From the NCBI GenBank assembly GCA_951406725.2, contig OX597821.1, positions 79,422,001 through 79,486,000 of the forward strand: a stretch of DNA of 64,000 bases. The letters run 5' to 3'. Made by a program: the position numbers and the translations under genes. The stretch is from Octopus vulgaris. Its lineage: Eukaryota. Of this stretch, positions 38,185 to 53,196 are shown piece after piece. Below the pieces are notes generated by a model. That model was not told the DNA's origin. It saw nothing but the letters and a program-made list of their open reading frames with translations, and searched no databases. Position 1 is the stretch's first letter, and each line of letters opens with the position of its first letter.

Positions 38185-40470
38185 ACGGGAAGCTTTATGA
38201 AAATAAACAAAAGACGAAGGCAGGTGGAGTACAAATAAACAATTGTATTAGTATGGCGCTCAGGAATATAAATAAAACAAGTCTTTTACGTTTCGAGCCT
38301 ACGCTCTTCAACAGAAAGATACACAGAAAAGAAACACGGAGAGAAACAAGAAGAGAAAAAACATGCGTGCAGAAGCTAGCGATTCAACATGGCGAACTGA
38401 TTCTGGCCAGAAGTCAGAGATCAAACGTGAGATGTAAGAGCGAAAATAGGGGAGATAACAGGGTCAAATGACTTCGCCCCAACATAAGGGTGCGTGTGTG
38501 TATGAGGGAGTATGTGGTGCGTATGAAAGGTCTGGACGTGTGTATGTATGATGTGATGTGTAATGTCGTATGGTGTAGTGTAGAGAGGGGAGAAGAGGGG
38601 GAGAGAGAGTGGAGGGGAGGGAGAGGAGAAGATGAGGGGGAGAGGGGAGGAGAGATGAGGGGTGGTGAGGGGGGAAGAGGGGGGAGAGAGAAGGAAAGAG
38701 GAGGGAGGAGGGAGAAGAGGAAAGGTGAGAGTGAGAAGGGTGAAATGAGGGGGAGGGTGAGAGGGAGGAGGAAAGAAGGAGGGGTGAGGGTGAGATGAGA
38801 GCGGGGAGAAGGAAAGGGGAGAAGAGGAGGAGAGGGATGAGATGAGAGGGGGAGAAGGCAGGAGGAGAAGAGGAGGGAGGAGGAGGGGGAAGGGGAGAGG
38901 GAAGGAGAGGAGAAGAGGAGGGGGAGGGAAAAGGAGGGGGAGGGAGGATAGGGTGAGAGAGAAGGGGAGTGAGGGAGCAGAGAGAAAGAGAGAAGGGGAA
39001 GAGGGAAAAAGAAAGAAGAAAGAAGAGGAAAGAAGGGAGAAGAGGGAAGAGGAAGAGGAGAAGGGGAGAAAGAGAGAAAGAGAGAAGGGGAAGAGGGGAG
39101 AAGGGAAGAGGAGAGAAAGAGAGTAGGGGTGAAAAGATGATGGACCGAAGAGAAGCAGGAGTTGGGGGGAGTTAGATGAGGAGGGGGGAGAATTGAGACC
39201 AAATGGCGTAAAAGAGCGAAGAGAGAAGATTAATCCCTGTTCACGGCGCAAACGGGAATCCGGATGGCCTCTGTGCAAGGACAAACCGAACACAGACAGG
39301 TGTTGCAAGGAGTGACCGGTGGAGCGGAAATGGCGTGAGACCGGTGTGTCGTTGGCAAGGCGGATGTCACGGAGGTGTTCCGCGAACCGGTCAGCCAAGC
39401 GGCGTCCCGTTTGTCCGATGTACAGGGAATGGCAGAGAGAGCAAGAGATGCAATAGATGATATTACTGGAGGTGCAGGTGAAGCAGTTGATGATGCGATA
39501 GGGTCGATGATGGGTGCCTGGGAGGAGGGTGGTGTTGGAGAGGTAAGGGCAAGTGTGGCAACGTGGGCGGGGGCAGGGGAACGAGCCAGGTTGGGAGGTA
39601 GGGTCAGGGAAGGAGCTGTGGACCAAAAGGTCTCGTAGGTTATGGGCTCGTTTGGAAGAGGTGTGAAGTGGACGGATCGGACTGGAGATGCCGGAAAGCT
39701 CGAAGAATGGTGCGTTGGAGAGGTGGTCGGGTGGTAAGTGAAGGGAAACGGGAGGTGGGAGACTACAGGGCGGGTTCAGGGGGAGAGAGCAGATGCACGG
39801 TCTACGGAACGTGCTCTGGCAAGGGCGGTGTGGATAGTGGTGAGGGGGTATCCACGTAGGATGAAGTGGCGAGCCATTCGTTGAGACTGAGTCTCAAAGT
39901 CATGGTCGTCACTGCAGAGCCTACGTAGACGGAGGAATTGGGAATAGGGGATGGAAAGCTTGGTGTGTTTTGGGTGGGAGGAAGAGAAGTTTAGGTATGA
40001 GTGTGAGTCTGTGTGTTTGTAGTGAATGGAGGTGGTAAGAGTGGAGTGATGAATGCTGACCGAAATGTCGAGGAAGGAGACAGAGGTGTTGGAGATTGTG
40101 GAGGTGAAGTGGAGGGCAGGATGGAAGGATTGAACGAAAGAGAGGAAGGAATCTAGATGTTCACGGGAGAGTGAGGTGGCACCGATAATGTCGTCAATGT
40201 AACGACCGTATAGTTCGGGAGTGGGACCAGCGAAATTAGAGAATATTTGGGCCTCAACATAGCCAACGAACAGGTTCGCATATTTGGGGCCCATTCGCCA
40301 CTCCCGAGAGCTATTGGTAGAACTCGCCCGCGAACGAGAAGCAGTTAAGAGAAAGGACAAGTTCGGCCAGACGAATGAGTGTGGAGGTGTCGGGTTCGGG
40401 GTTGGGGTGGAGGTCAAGAAAGTGTTGAAGTGCCCGCAGTCCTTCGTGGTGAGGGATGACGGTATAGAGA
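38185..40470 (-). mobile_element. Penelope-like element (Neptune-like), 5'-truncated: RT, Zn-finger linker, GIY-YIG, CT-rich spacer and pLTR
   Basis: MGPKYANLFV..RYIDD..FLDI; CPRPRCHTC..SNIIYCISC..YIGQTGRRLADRFAEH..PFGLN; flanked by (TA)n. Confidence 0.9.
38282..38319 (-). ncRNA. Minimal PLE pLTR HHR (A6U variant); sister copy 43546-43580 on + strand
   Basis: UCUUU-CUGUUGA-A-GAGC GUAG GCUC-GAAA-CG-UA^AAAGA. Confidence 0.75.
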
Positions 40471-40682
40471 CTATATATACGTATGTATATATATATATAT
40501 ACATACACACAAAGATATATACATATATTTGTGCCACTCCTTCTCTTACGTGAATTTCAGAATTTTTAAACTCGATTACTCATTTAAGTTGAATATTGTA
40601 TGCAATATTTACCCCACCAAAGTGTAATTCAATTCACTGGGTATGACGTAATCTTTCCATAATTGTTTGACAAACTATGTGC

Positions 40683-40792
<110 letters not shown>

Positions 40793-40886
40793 TTTACATA
40801 AATAATTGGGTACTTAGGTCTGCTCAGGACTTAGTGCTTGCTTTTTCCATGGGTATGAGTAAGTATTTCATTTATATCTCACGTAT

Positions 40887-40946
40887 TTATCGCTGAAGAG
40901 GGGAAAATTCTTATCAATTAACCCCGAAATTGGACCAATACGGTAA
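40887..40946 (+). ncRNA. Type I HHR, canonical core, in a (TA)n-flanked insert (40788-41170)
   Basis: UUAUCG-CUGAAGA-GGGG..CCCC-GAAA-UUGG A CCAA-UA^CGGUAA. Confidence 0.85.
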
Positions 40947-41941
40947 TAACGGATTTCTTTAGAAATTTCTATCGGTTTGTTTCGAGACGCATAAATTATA
41001 ATGGTTATTGACAATTTTGTCTTTTTTTCGGCATATTTGGCATTAGAATTTTTCTTTTGCCCTTATTTTGTAAATTATTTATTAATTTAACATTTAAAGG
41101 TATTTTTTGATATGCTGGCCATTGATAAAAATTTTTTCTCGAAAAAGTTTTATCCCACATTAGTTTTATATATATATATATTTATATATATAATTTAATA
41201 ACTAAAATATATGCATACATACATACATATATGTACGTACCTACATCTACATATATCTCGTTCGATTTATATAATATATATGAGTACAGGACACCACAAA
41301 TAAACAGAACTCAACGAGAAGCGAAAACATAAAAACTAACTAGGAAACAGACTTTTTTAACAACGAAAAAACAGAGTACAAGACAATACCTTCGAAACAC
41401 GCATTGAGTCGAACCAGGGACAGCTGATGATGGGGACTGTTCCTTGTATTGTTTGTCTTGTACTCTGTTTTTTCGTTGTTAAAAAAAGTCCGTTTCCTAG
41501 TTTGTTTTTATGTTTTTGTTTCTCGTTGAGTTCTACGTTTAATTGTGGTGTCCTGTACTCATATATATATATATATATATATATATAGGCATGTATATAT
41601 ATATATGTAGATGTAGGTACGTACATATATGTATGTATGTATGCATATATTTTATTTATTAAATTATTGTATGACTGAGCGCCCTCGCGTCGTTTCGTTT
41701 CTTTTCTTTTCTCCAAGTAAGTTTATATATATATATATATATATAATATTAGTGAGTATAACTCCAAACTTACAGGGAAAAATTCAATTTAGTATTAATA
41801 TCATAACCTGGAAAAAAAACATGATTTATTCATTTTTTGTATTTTTTGTGATCTAGTTATATATTTTATATATTTTATTTTTTCTTTATGATTTAGTTAA
41901 TGCTTTTCATTGTTTGAATTACTAATTCATATATATATATC

Positions 41942-42034
<93 letters not shown>

Positions 42035-42798
42035 ATATTTATATATATATGCGCACTCTTGACCTTTCTGTTCCCTCCCTTTCTCAAACTTCATTCTTTC
42101 TGGTTTCCTTTTCTTCTAACTTACTGTCTCTCCCTCTCCCTCTCTCTCTCTCTCTAATTCTTTCTGGTTTCTTCACAACCATTCCCTTTTTTCTCTCCCT
42201 TTCTCTTGCTCCTCATCCTTCCTCCCGTTGTTGACCCGCGACGAGAGCTCTGCTACTGCCTTTCTGGCCTGGCGTCCTTGAAGTGTAGAAGGCATTTTCT
42301 GTTGCTCCTTCGCCGTTCTCAAAAATAGCGTTCGTAACACTATCTCGTTCGATTTAACAGCCCTTCTTGTCTTGTTATTCTCCTTGTCCTGTCTTTTACT
42401 GTTTATATGTTGTACTGTCGTTACTATCCTGTTTTTGTTACCATTTTTACCCCTCCGCAAAAAGATCTCAAATTTTATTTAATTTGCTTTTCGCGGGAAG
42501 GAAAGTTTCTATCGAAGATGTGTATCACCTTCACCTTCGAAACCCAGAGTAGATGAAACCATGGCGACTGAAGAAGGGGAATTTTCCTTGTGTTATTTGT
42601 CCTGTACTCTATTTTTTCGTTGTTTAAGAAAAATGTCCAGGTCCTTGGTTTTGTGTTTATGTTTTCGTTTCTCATTGTGTTCGACGTTTTTTTTGGTGTC
42701 CTATACCCATATATGCATGTGTATATACATCTGTATATACATGTAGAAGTAGGTACGTACATATATGTATGTATATATGCATGTTTTATTTATTAATT

Positions 42799-42867
<69 letters not shown>

Positions 42868-44065
42868 ATCGCTCAACTACGGTAGTAGTTGAATAATATA
42901 CTTAAGGCTACAATTTACTCACATGCAGCATGTTTTAGAGTTTGTCGCTAATTCAGTTCTTTACCAAATTGGAAACTCTTGACATTTTTGAAGACGACTG
43001 TTCCCTAGCTACATTTTGACATAACAAAATTTAAGATTTAGTCCAGTAGAAGAAGTTTCCTTCAACATTTGTAGCAACATTATAGGAGAGTAAGTAACGC
43101 CTCAATCAAGTTTTAATCTAAATAGCTTTTTCATTTTAAAAGCAAAATATATTTATCTTAACTTCAAGGAGAGAAGAAAGCTTGGGCTATGCCAAAGTTT
43201 TGGACGCATGCAACAAATGTCTGCATCGAAAAAGTTGTGAGGTAAAATATTATGAACAAAATATGAGGTACAAAATTGGATTTTAATTAAGCATAAATGA
43301 TAGAGCTCAATTCGAGGAATTTCATGGTATCAATCTCATGCAATGAAGTTTTAAAAGAAAACAGTTATGAGTGCTTGTTTCTCAAATTTGAGTGTAATAA
43401 TATAGTTCTATACATTCTTGTGAATATAGTTCTATAAGGGACTTTTGATATGCCACCGGCGACATTGAGGCAAAGAAAAAATTTTCCATGATAGATCGCT
43501 AGCCCCTACACACATTTTTTCTCTCCTTGTTTCTTTCTGTGTTCCTTTCTGTGGAAGAGCGTAGGGCTCGAAACGTTAAATACTTTTTCAGTTCCCGAGC
43601 GTTATACTAATACATCTGTTTGTTTTCTACACCACCTGTCTTCATCTTTTTTTTTTTTTTCGTGAAATCTTCCTGTATATATATAATAAATTAATAAATA
43701 AATAAAACATATGCATATATACATACATATATGTACGTACCTACCTCTACACGTCGAACACAATGATAGACGAAAACATAAACACAAAACCAAGGAATTA
43801 GACATTTTTCTTAAACAACGAAAAAATAGAGTACAGGACAAATAACACAAGGAAAATTCCCCTTCTTCAGTCGCCATGGTTTCATCTACTCCACGTTCCG
43901 AAGGTCAAGGCGATACATGACTTTAATGAAACAATCCTTCCCACGAAAATCAAATTAAATAAAATTTGAGATTTTTTTGCGGAGGGGTAAAAATGGTAAC
44001 AAAAACAGGACAGTAACGACAGTACAAAATATAAACAGTAAAAGACAGAACAAGGAAAATAACAG

Positions 44066-44840
44066 TGTAGCGTGGCAGTTTCAGCCATTTTGAAATATGA
44101 CTATAGCGATTTCTAATATCTTCACTATTTGAAAGGCAAGGCAGAAATGATCTCGTTTGAGGTTACAGCCATCTTTGGCCAACTTGTTCCTGTTGTAAAC
44201 ACTAACCTGATTGGTTGACACGTGACGCGATTTGTCTCCACTTATTTTCGCGCCACTGTCCCGAAACAACCAATCACGTCCTTTGGTTAAGATTCCATTT
44301 CTGAGGCTCGTCTGAGCCACCCAACCGGTATATAAAGGAGTGTTTTCAGACACTTTTGGTCTTTGGTTCCAGTTCTTCTAAGAACTAACTTTAGGCAACA
44401 GCGCTACTCAACCAAGCGATATACGATTGTTCCTGCTACTACTAGCTACGACGCTAATGTACACAATCACAGAAAGCCTACTATCTTCGCCGTCTCCACC
44501 GTCATGTATCAACTTCAAGTCGCTTCCAACGTCTTCGCCATACGAACAGTAAACCAATTTTCATTATATATTCTATGTTCCGTACCCTTCTATGCCAAAC
44601 GCATTCACTCTGATTGTTCTGTCACACACACGAACACACAGACACAAACACGTGTTGCATGCGCACACACGTGTTAACGCTTACGAATTCCTAACATTGA
44701 CACGGTTGTAAAATAAATAATATTTATCTCTCCACAGCAAGACTTGTCGTCGATTCACTTATGTTCTGTTGTTACTGCATGTATTTATGGCTTGTAATAA
44801 TTCGTTAAGAATAGAACCACGTGCGTTCATATTTCTTACA
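44066..44840 (+). mobile_element. Solo LTR (775 bp), 4-bp TSD ACAG, probably Gypsy-type
   Basis: TGTA...TACA termini; ACAG at 44062-44065 and 44841-44844; CCAAT boxes, TATATAAA 44329, AATAAA 44712; splits a family E copy. Confidence 0.85.
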
Positions 44841-44937
44841 ACAGTAACGCAAACAAGAAGGGCTGTTAAGCCGAACGAGATAACATTTTTAACGAACGCT
44901 ATATTTTGAGAACGGCGGGGGAGCAACAGATGTGCCG

Positions 44938-44975
<38 letters not shown>

Positions 44976-45312
44976 TCAATAATAATAAAGGGTAAAATTA
45001 ATTAATTAACTATTAATTAATAATTCCACCATAGTAGTATTCGGCATGTTAAAAGGACCATTTTTCGGTAAACTTAAACAATATTTTATAATTATAATTA
45101 AGGTTCAGCAAAAATTTGCTTCATCACATACCGAACTTTAGAAATAGCAGCCAAAGAACCTTAGCTTTTTCTTCTACTGTTGTCAGGGAGTTTCTTCTTA
45201 TAACAGAAGAAATAGCTAAGGTTCTTTGGCTGCTTTTTTCTAAAGTTCAGTATGTGGTGAAGCAAATTTTTGCTGAACCCTAATTATAATTATAATCATA
45301 ATTATATAAAAT

Positions 45313-45379
<67 letters not shown>

Positions 45380-45585
45380 AAGGGTGAAAAGGAACACACG
45401 ATTGATATATATGAAAAAACAAGTCAAAATAGAAAATGCTATACATTCCCATGTATCAATACTTTGACATGGACCTTGAAAATGTTCTGCTATGAGGGAG
45501 TTGATGAAAATTGGTAAATATATATACATACATACATACATATATATATATAATTATTTTAGCATATTCTATTTTTGACTTGTTT

Positions 45586-45650
<65 letters not shown>

Positions 45651-45873
45651 TATGCATGAGTATCAATGCGTTTCGCACGTGTACTGATGTGCAATATATT
45701 GTTGTAGTTCGAGATGGTCGTGTTACACGATAGGCGTTGGCCAATAAAACCACCAACTTAAATTTAACAACAAAGGGTGTTCGGTTTTATTAGTCACGAA
45801 CTGTAAAACGATTTTAATGCTTTCATATAATTGACACACGTAGACCTCTCTCTCTCTCTCTCTACATATATAA

Positions 45874-45925
<52 letters not shown>

Positions 45926-47162
45926 CTTGTTTACCAACCACATGGTTCGGGTTCAGTCCCACTGCGTGGCAGCTTGGGCAAGTGTCTTCTACTATAGCCT
46001 CGGGCCGACCAAAGCTTTGTGACTGGATTTGGTAGACGGAAACTGAAAGAAGCCCGTCGTATATATGTATATATATGCGCGTATGTGTTTGTGTGTTTGT
46101 GTTTGTCCCACTAGCATTGCTTGACAAGCAATGCTGGTGTGTTTATGTCCCCATTACTTAGCAGTTCGGCAAAAGAGACCGATAGAATAAGTACTGGGCT
46201 TACGAAAGAATAAGACCCGGGGTCGAGTTCCTCGATTAAAGGCGGTGCTCCAGCATGGCCGCAGTCAAATGACTGAAACAAGTAAAAGAGTAAAGGAGTA
46301 TATATATATAAACCAGCTTAGAGAAGAAGAAGAAACGAATCGAATCGAATCGACGCGAAGGCGCTCAGTCATACAATAGTGTAATAAATAAAATATATGC
46401 ATACATACAAACATATATGTACGTACCTACATCTACATGTATATATACATGTATATATAAATATATATACGTGTGTACAGGACACCACAAATAGACGTAG
46501 AACTCAACGAGAAACGAAAACGTAAAAACAGCATGGAACGGACCATTCCTTTAACAACGAAAAAACAGAGTACAAGACAACTACACAAGGAAAAATCCCC
46601 TTCATCAGCCGTCCCTAGTTCAACTCCAGCGTGTTTCGAAGGTGAGGACAGAACACGTCTCGTCGAACTAGTCCTTCCTGCGAAAGAATTAAATAAAATT
46701 CCTTTGCAGAGGGGTAAAAACAAGGAAAAAAATTGTGACAAAAACAGGACGTAAAAAGAATACAATTAAAAACAAATACAAAATAAAAATACAATTACAA
46801 GAAATACAGTACAAGAAGGAATAGAAACAGGACAGGAAAACAAATAAAGAGGGCCTATAAGCCTAGACGAGGAAAAAAGTTTTTTCACGAACGCAGGAAG
46901 AAACATGTTTACTTGAATAAGGCCGCCGGCGAAAGGAAGTTCGTAGACACGGCTGTGAGAGAGATGAGGAGGAGTGAGAGAGAGAGAGAGAGAGGTCTAC
47001 GTGTGTCAAATATATGATCTTCAGGTTTACGTGAAATATTTTATATAATATATATAAATAAATAAATGGAGTTAAACGCAGGTGATATTCAAATTCTTTT
47101 ACCTCCGACACATGATTCGAAGTTATCACTTTTATTTTATTCCTTGGGAATAAAATAAAAGG

Positions 47163-47322
<160 letters not shown>

Positions 47323-48148
47323 GTGTGTGTGATTGTGTATAGAAGAATATATTAATAAAAAGAATTCCAACCTTGTCTGATTTTCACGTTTTATTTACAA
47401 TCTTATAATGATATATTATAAGATAATATATTATAATTGAATAAAATAAAATGAAATAGTAGAATGTTAAATATTCATTCTGATTGAACTAGTACTTTCA
47501 TGCATTGAATTCTGCAATCTTCGGGTTCATGTAGTAGTGTTGACAGTCATGCTTCACAATTTTTGACTGTAGCAAGATGAGTGATTCTGTGCTATAAATA
47601 CAGCTGGGTAGGCTCCAGAGTGCTAGGTTTTGCAAACTGTATTCTGACCAAAGTTCCTTAATGATGATGCACAGTCTTATCACAGATTTTAAAAAACTTA
47701 TTAGTTTCGAAGAGAAGATGAATCAATCCATAAGTTTTTAAAAATCTGTGATAAGACTGTGCATCATCATTAAGGAACTTTGGAAAACTGTTTACAACCT
47801 ATATCTGCCTCTAATGGAACTATCTCCAATATTTCATGAGTATAACCTCACCCACTAAGATGTCTAGAGAACTCAAATGTATTTTAGCTGATGAGTACGG
47901 GACACTTTTATCTGCTGCAATTTTTGCAACTTGTAATAAAGCCTGTCTTTGTATGAAACAATTGTACTAAAAACCAATCCATTCTTGTTGCTTCTTTCTC
48001 GTTTATAATCACCCCACATTACTGTATGGATAACACCATATAGTTTTTCTGGTGCATCTAAGTTAAGTACCACATTCAAGTAAATTCATTGGGAGTTACT
48101 TGAATCTTAATTGCTTTGATTATATATATATATATATATATATTTATG

Positions 48149-48278
<130 letters not shown>

Positions 48279-48296
48279 CAATAATAAAAGGGTTAA

Positions 48297-48343
<47 letters not shown>

Positions 48344-48361
48344 CAATAATAAAAGGGTTAA

Positions 48362-48414
<53 letters not shown>

Positions 48415-48524
48415 TAAATAAATAAATGGAGTTAAACACAGGTGTTATTCAAATTCTTTTACCTCCGACACATGATTCGAAGTTATCACTTTTATTTTAT
48501 TCCCAAGGAATAAAATAAAAGGAG

Positions 48525-48576
<52 letters not shown>

Positions 48577-48795
48577 TGTTGTATCTGGGTAGAGTCATTT
48601 TCTTTTTGCGCCTTATTATGTAACACACTCACCAATAACATTTCCACTTTTTTTCTTATTTTTATTGTCATAAACCTTTCGTTGCGTCTTGCAACTTATA
48701 GCTTTTTCTTCTACTGTTGTCAGGGAGTTTTTTCTTATAATAGAAGAAATAGCTAAGGTTCTTTGGCTGCTTTTTTCTAAAGTTCAGTATGTGGT

Positions 48796-50359
48796 TAGTT
48801 AGTTAGTTAGTTAGTTAATTTGGCTCAAAAGCAAATAGCAAGGCCATGTAGGGGGACATGGAGTTAAGTACAGGGTGGTGTTCATGTAAAGAGTTCAGGC
48901 CACTTGAGGTCCAGGGAGGCTTTGAACAAAGCGGTCGTCGGTATCTTCACCATCTCGTCTGGCAACTTGTTCCACGGATCCGCAACCCGGACGGAGAAAG
49001 CTCCTCTCCTTCGATTAAGATGAAATCGTCGCAGGTAGAGCTTTTCGGAATGGCCCCGCAGCCGACGCTCTGGAACAGGAGTGAAGAACAGCTCTTTCGA
49101 GAGGTTACACTTTCCGCTTATGATGTTGTGGGCGAGAATGAGATCACCACGGCGGCGGCGTTTTTCAAGAGAATAAAGGTCGAGCGTCCTCAGCCTTTCT
49201 TCGTAGGACAAATTTTTGAGACCATAGCTTCTGGACTCTTTCGAGATGCTGTATGTCTTTGAGGAGATAAGGAGAAGAGGCTTGAATCCCATACTCCAAT
49301 ATGGGTCTCACCAGCGTGACATAGAGTGGTAGGAATATGGCTGCCGTGAGCATTCCGAATGACCGTCGAATCAAGAACAGAATTCCGCGTGCTTTGTTGG
49401 CAGCATGGACGCACTGGGCCGAAGGCGAAAAGGATGAATCCACCAACATACCCAGGTCCTTTACCTGATCGGTCCTCTCCAGCAGCAGACGACCCGGCTC
49501 GAAATCAAGTTGAGTTGCAGGAGTAGAGCCGACAGGCAGATGACAGCACTTTGACACGTTCAGACACAGGTCCCAATCGTTAGACCACTTCCAAATTTGG
49601 TGGAGGCATCGACGAAGATCCTCTATATTACCGCGAGGAGCGACCAGTTTGATATCGTCGGCAAATAGAAGGGTGTGTTGCGTGAGGTCGTCGGGCAAGT
49701 CATTTATGAAGACTAACAACAACAAGGGCCCAAGCACTGAACCTTGAGGCACGCCACTGCTCGCACTGGAGACGTCGGACCGCGAACCATTAACTTGGAC
49801 TTGGAAGGAGCGATCTGAGAGGAAGGCACCAACCCATCGTACAATATCCGGATGGAAACTATATGCTTGAAGCTTGACAAGTAATAGGCGGTGGTTTACC
49901 GAGTCAAAAGCTTTGGCAAAGTTCAATAAAACGATGTCAACAGCATCACTATCATCGAGGATGCGCGTCACCAATTCTTCCATTACTAGTAAGTTGGTCA
50001 AGCATGATCTCTTCGGCACGAAGCCGTGTTGGGAATCAGAGATAGAGGCTGTGTTTAGGAGGTGGAGCATCATACTTTTCTTAAGGATGGTTTCGAACAT
50101 CTTGCTGATTATTGATGTAAGGGAAACCGGTCGGTAGTTAAGCGGGTCTTCGCGGCTCCCTTTCTTGAAAATTGGGCAGATTATCGCTGTTCTCCAGTCT
50201 GCAGGTATAACACCCGTCGCCAATGACATATTGAATAGTCGTGTTAAGGGCTCGCAGATGACCGGAGCCAACGCTTTGATAACCCGTGGGTGTATGCCGT
50301 CAGGGCCGTAACACTTGTTGACATCGAGGCCTTGAATAACACGTTTGACTTCGTCCCGT
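48796..50359 (-). mobile_element. CR1-like LINE, 5'-truncated, (AACT)n tail
   Basis: RT ORF 49165-50415 (NYRPVSLTS, GVPQGSVLGP, FADD); target GTGGT on both sides. Confidence 0.9.
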
Positions 50360-50711
50360 GTGATGACCGCGTGATGACCGCGTGGTGACCGCGTGATGAC
50401 CGCGTGGTGAAGCAAATTTTTGTTGAACCCTAATTATAATTATAATTATAATCATAATTATATAAAATTATATATATACACGCATGTATATATATATATA
50501 TATATATATACATATATATGCATGAGTATCAATGCGTTTCGCACGTGTACTGATGTGTAAAATATTGTTGTAGTTCGAGATGGTCGTGTTACACGATAGG
50601 CGTTGGCCAATAAAACCACCAACTTAAATTTAACAACAAAAGGTGTTCGGTTTTATTAGTCACGAACTGCACAACGATCTTAATGCTTTCATATAATTGA
50701 CACACGTAGAC

Positions 50712-50796
<85 letters not shown>

Positions 50797-52019
50797 GAAA
50801 GTTTTCCAACAATTCTGGAAAGATTATTTCATGCTCAGTGAATTTGAATGAAACTTTTGTTGGGTAAATATTGCAAACATCATTCAACTTAAACGAATAA
50901 ACAATTGTCAAATATTCGGAAATTCCTGTAAGTGAAGGAGTGGCACGATGTGTCAAGAGAAGAATAAAAGGTGTTTCAATAGATAAAGAAAGAAAAATAT
51001 ACAGAGTAACGCTGTTGGTTGCAACAGCTTAACTCTTACGAAACACACGTTTGTAACTGAATACAATATATTCATTGTCGTAACACAAGGGCGGACAGGA
51101 ACGACGTGCCAACCACAGCAGACTGGAACGGATTATAAAACTCCTTCAAGGGAAAATATACTGCCTTGCGGTAACGTAAAGATTTTCTTGTCTTATCTCG
51201 TTTCTTAAGATACAGTTTATGTAGGCATGTATGTATGTATGTGTGTGTGTATGCATTCATACGGGAGTGTGTATATATATTATAACTATTTTTACAATAG
51301 AACATAGAGATTGGATATCCTAGCATAAACACAGATAAATGAACGAATACATAAAACGTATATCAATATACATGTGCTTATGTATATAGGCGCAGAGTGG
51401 CTGTGTGGTAAGTAGCTTGCTAAACAACCACATGGTTCCGGGTTCAGTCCCACTGCGTGGCACCTTGGGCAAGTGTCTTCTACTATAGCCTCGGGCCGAC
51501 CAAAGTCTTGTGAGTGGATTTGGTAGACGGAAACTGAAAGAAGCCTGTCGTATATATGTATATATATATATGTATGTGTGTGTATGTCTGTGTGTCTGTG
51601 TTTGTCCCCCTAGTATTGCTTGACAACTAATGCTGGTGTGTTTGCGTCCCCGTCACTTAGCGATTCGGCAAATCAGACCGATAGGATAAGCACTGGGCTT
51701 ACAAAGAATAAATCCCGGGGTCAAGTTGATTATTAAAGGCGGTGTCCAGCATGGCCGCAGTCAAATGACTGAAACAATTAAAAGAGTCAAAGAATATAGA
51801 TGTGTGGAAAAAATATACACAAGTTGAAAGTTTGTAGCTTCTCGTTTTTAAAGGTAGAATCTTCGGTTTTACGTGAAATATTTTGTATAATATATATAAA
51901 TAAATAAATGGAGTTAAACACAGGTGTTATTCAAATTCTTTTACCTCCCACACATGATTCGAAGTTATCACTTTTATTTTATTCCCAAAAATAAAATAAA
52001 AGGAATAATATATATGTAT

Positions 52020-52081
<62 letters not shown>

Positions 52082-52110
52082 CATATGTATGTATACATAT
52101 ATATATATGT

Positions 52111-52166
<56 letters not shown>

Positions 52167-52297
52167 CATATGTAAGTATATATATATATATAAATTATAT
52201 ACATATGTATGTATGTATATATATATATATATATATATAAATTATATATGTATGTATGTATATATATATATATATATATATAAATTATATATGTATG

Positions 52298-52328
<31 letters not shown>

Positions 52329-52723
52329 TCTTTTTACTTGTTTCAGTTATTTTGACTGCGGCCATGCTGGAGCACTGCCTTTAATCGAGCAACTCGACCC
52401 CGGGACTTATTCTTTTGTAAGTCCAGTACTTATTCTATCGGAGTCTTTTGCCGAACAGCTAAGTAACGGGGACGTAAACACACCACCATCAGTTGTGAAG
52501 CAATGCTAGGGGGACAAACACAGACACACAAACATACACACACATACATATGTATATACATATATACGACGGGCTTCTTTCAGTTTCCGTCTACTAAATC
52601 CACTCACAAGGCTTTGGTCGGCCCGAGGCTATAGTAGAAGACACTTGCCCAAGGTGCCACGCAGTGGGACTGAACCCGGAACCATGTGGTTGGTCAGCAA
52701 GCTACTTACCACACAGCCACTCC

Positions 52724-52788
<65 letters not shown>

Positions 52789-52813
52789 GTATATATGCAT
52801 GTACATATGTATA

Positions 52814-52867
<54 letters not shown>

Positions 52868-52947
52868 TATATATATGTGCATATCACCACCCTATCCCAG
52901 CGGCTCTATAGCAGTGCCTGGAGCTGTGTGGGGATGTACTGGAAAGA

Positions 52948-53196
52948 CTCTAACTGGTCCTCTATTAAACTGGTTCTCTAACTAGTCCTCTATTAAACTG
53001 GTTCTCTAACTGGTCCTCTATGAAACTGCTTCTCTAACTGGTCCTCTATGAAACTGGTTCTCTAACTGGTCCTCTATGAAACTCGTTCTCTAACTGGTCC
53101 TCTATTAAACTGGTTCTCTAACTGGTCCTCTTTTAAACTGGTCCTCTATGAAACTGGTTCTCTAACTGGTCCTCTATGAAACTGGTTCTCTAACTG
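52948..53196. repeat. 28-bp minisatellite, about 8-9 copies
   Basis: CTCTAACTGGTCCTCTAT(T/G)AAACTGGTT. Confidence 0.9.

Noticed and set aside
37819-38471. Numerous YIYIYI ORFs here and throughout the window
   Set aside because: (TA)n microsatellite translations
43170-43242. Possible 73-bp exon (AG...GT)
   Set aside because: Weak splice signals, no recognisable domain, no partner exons
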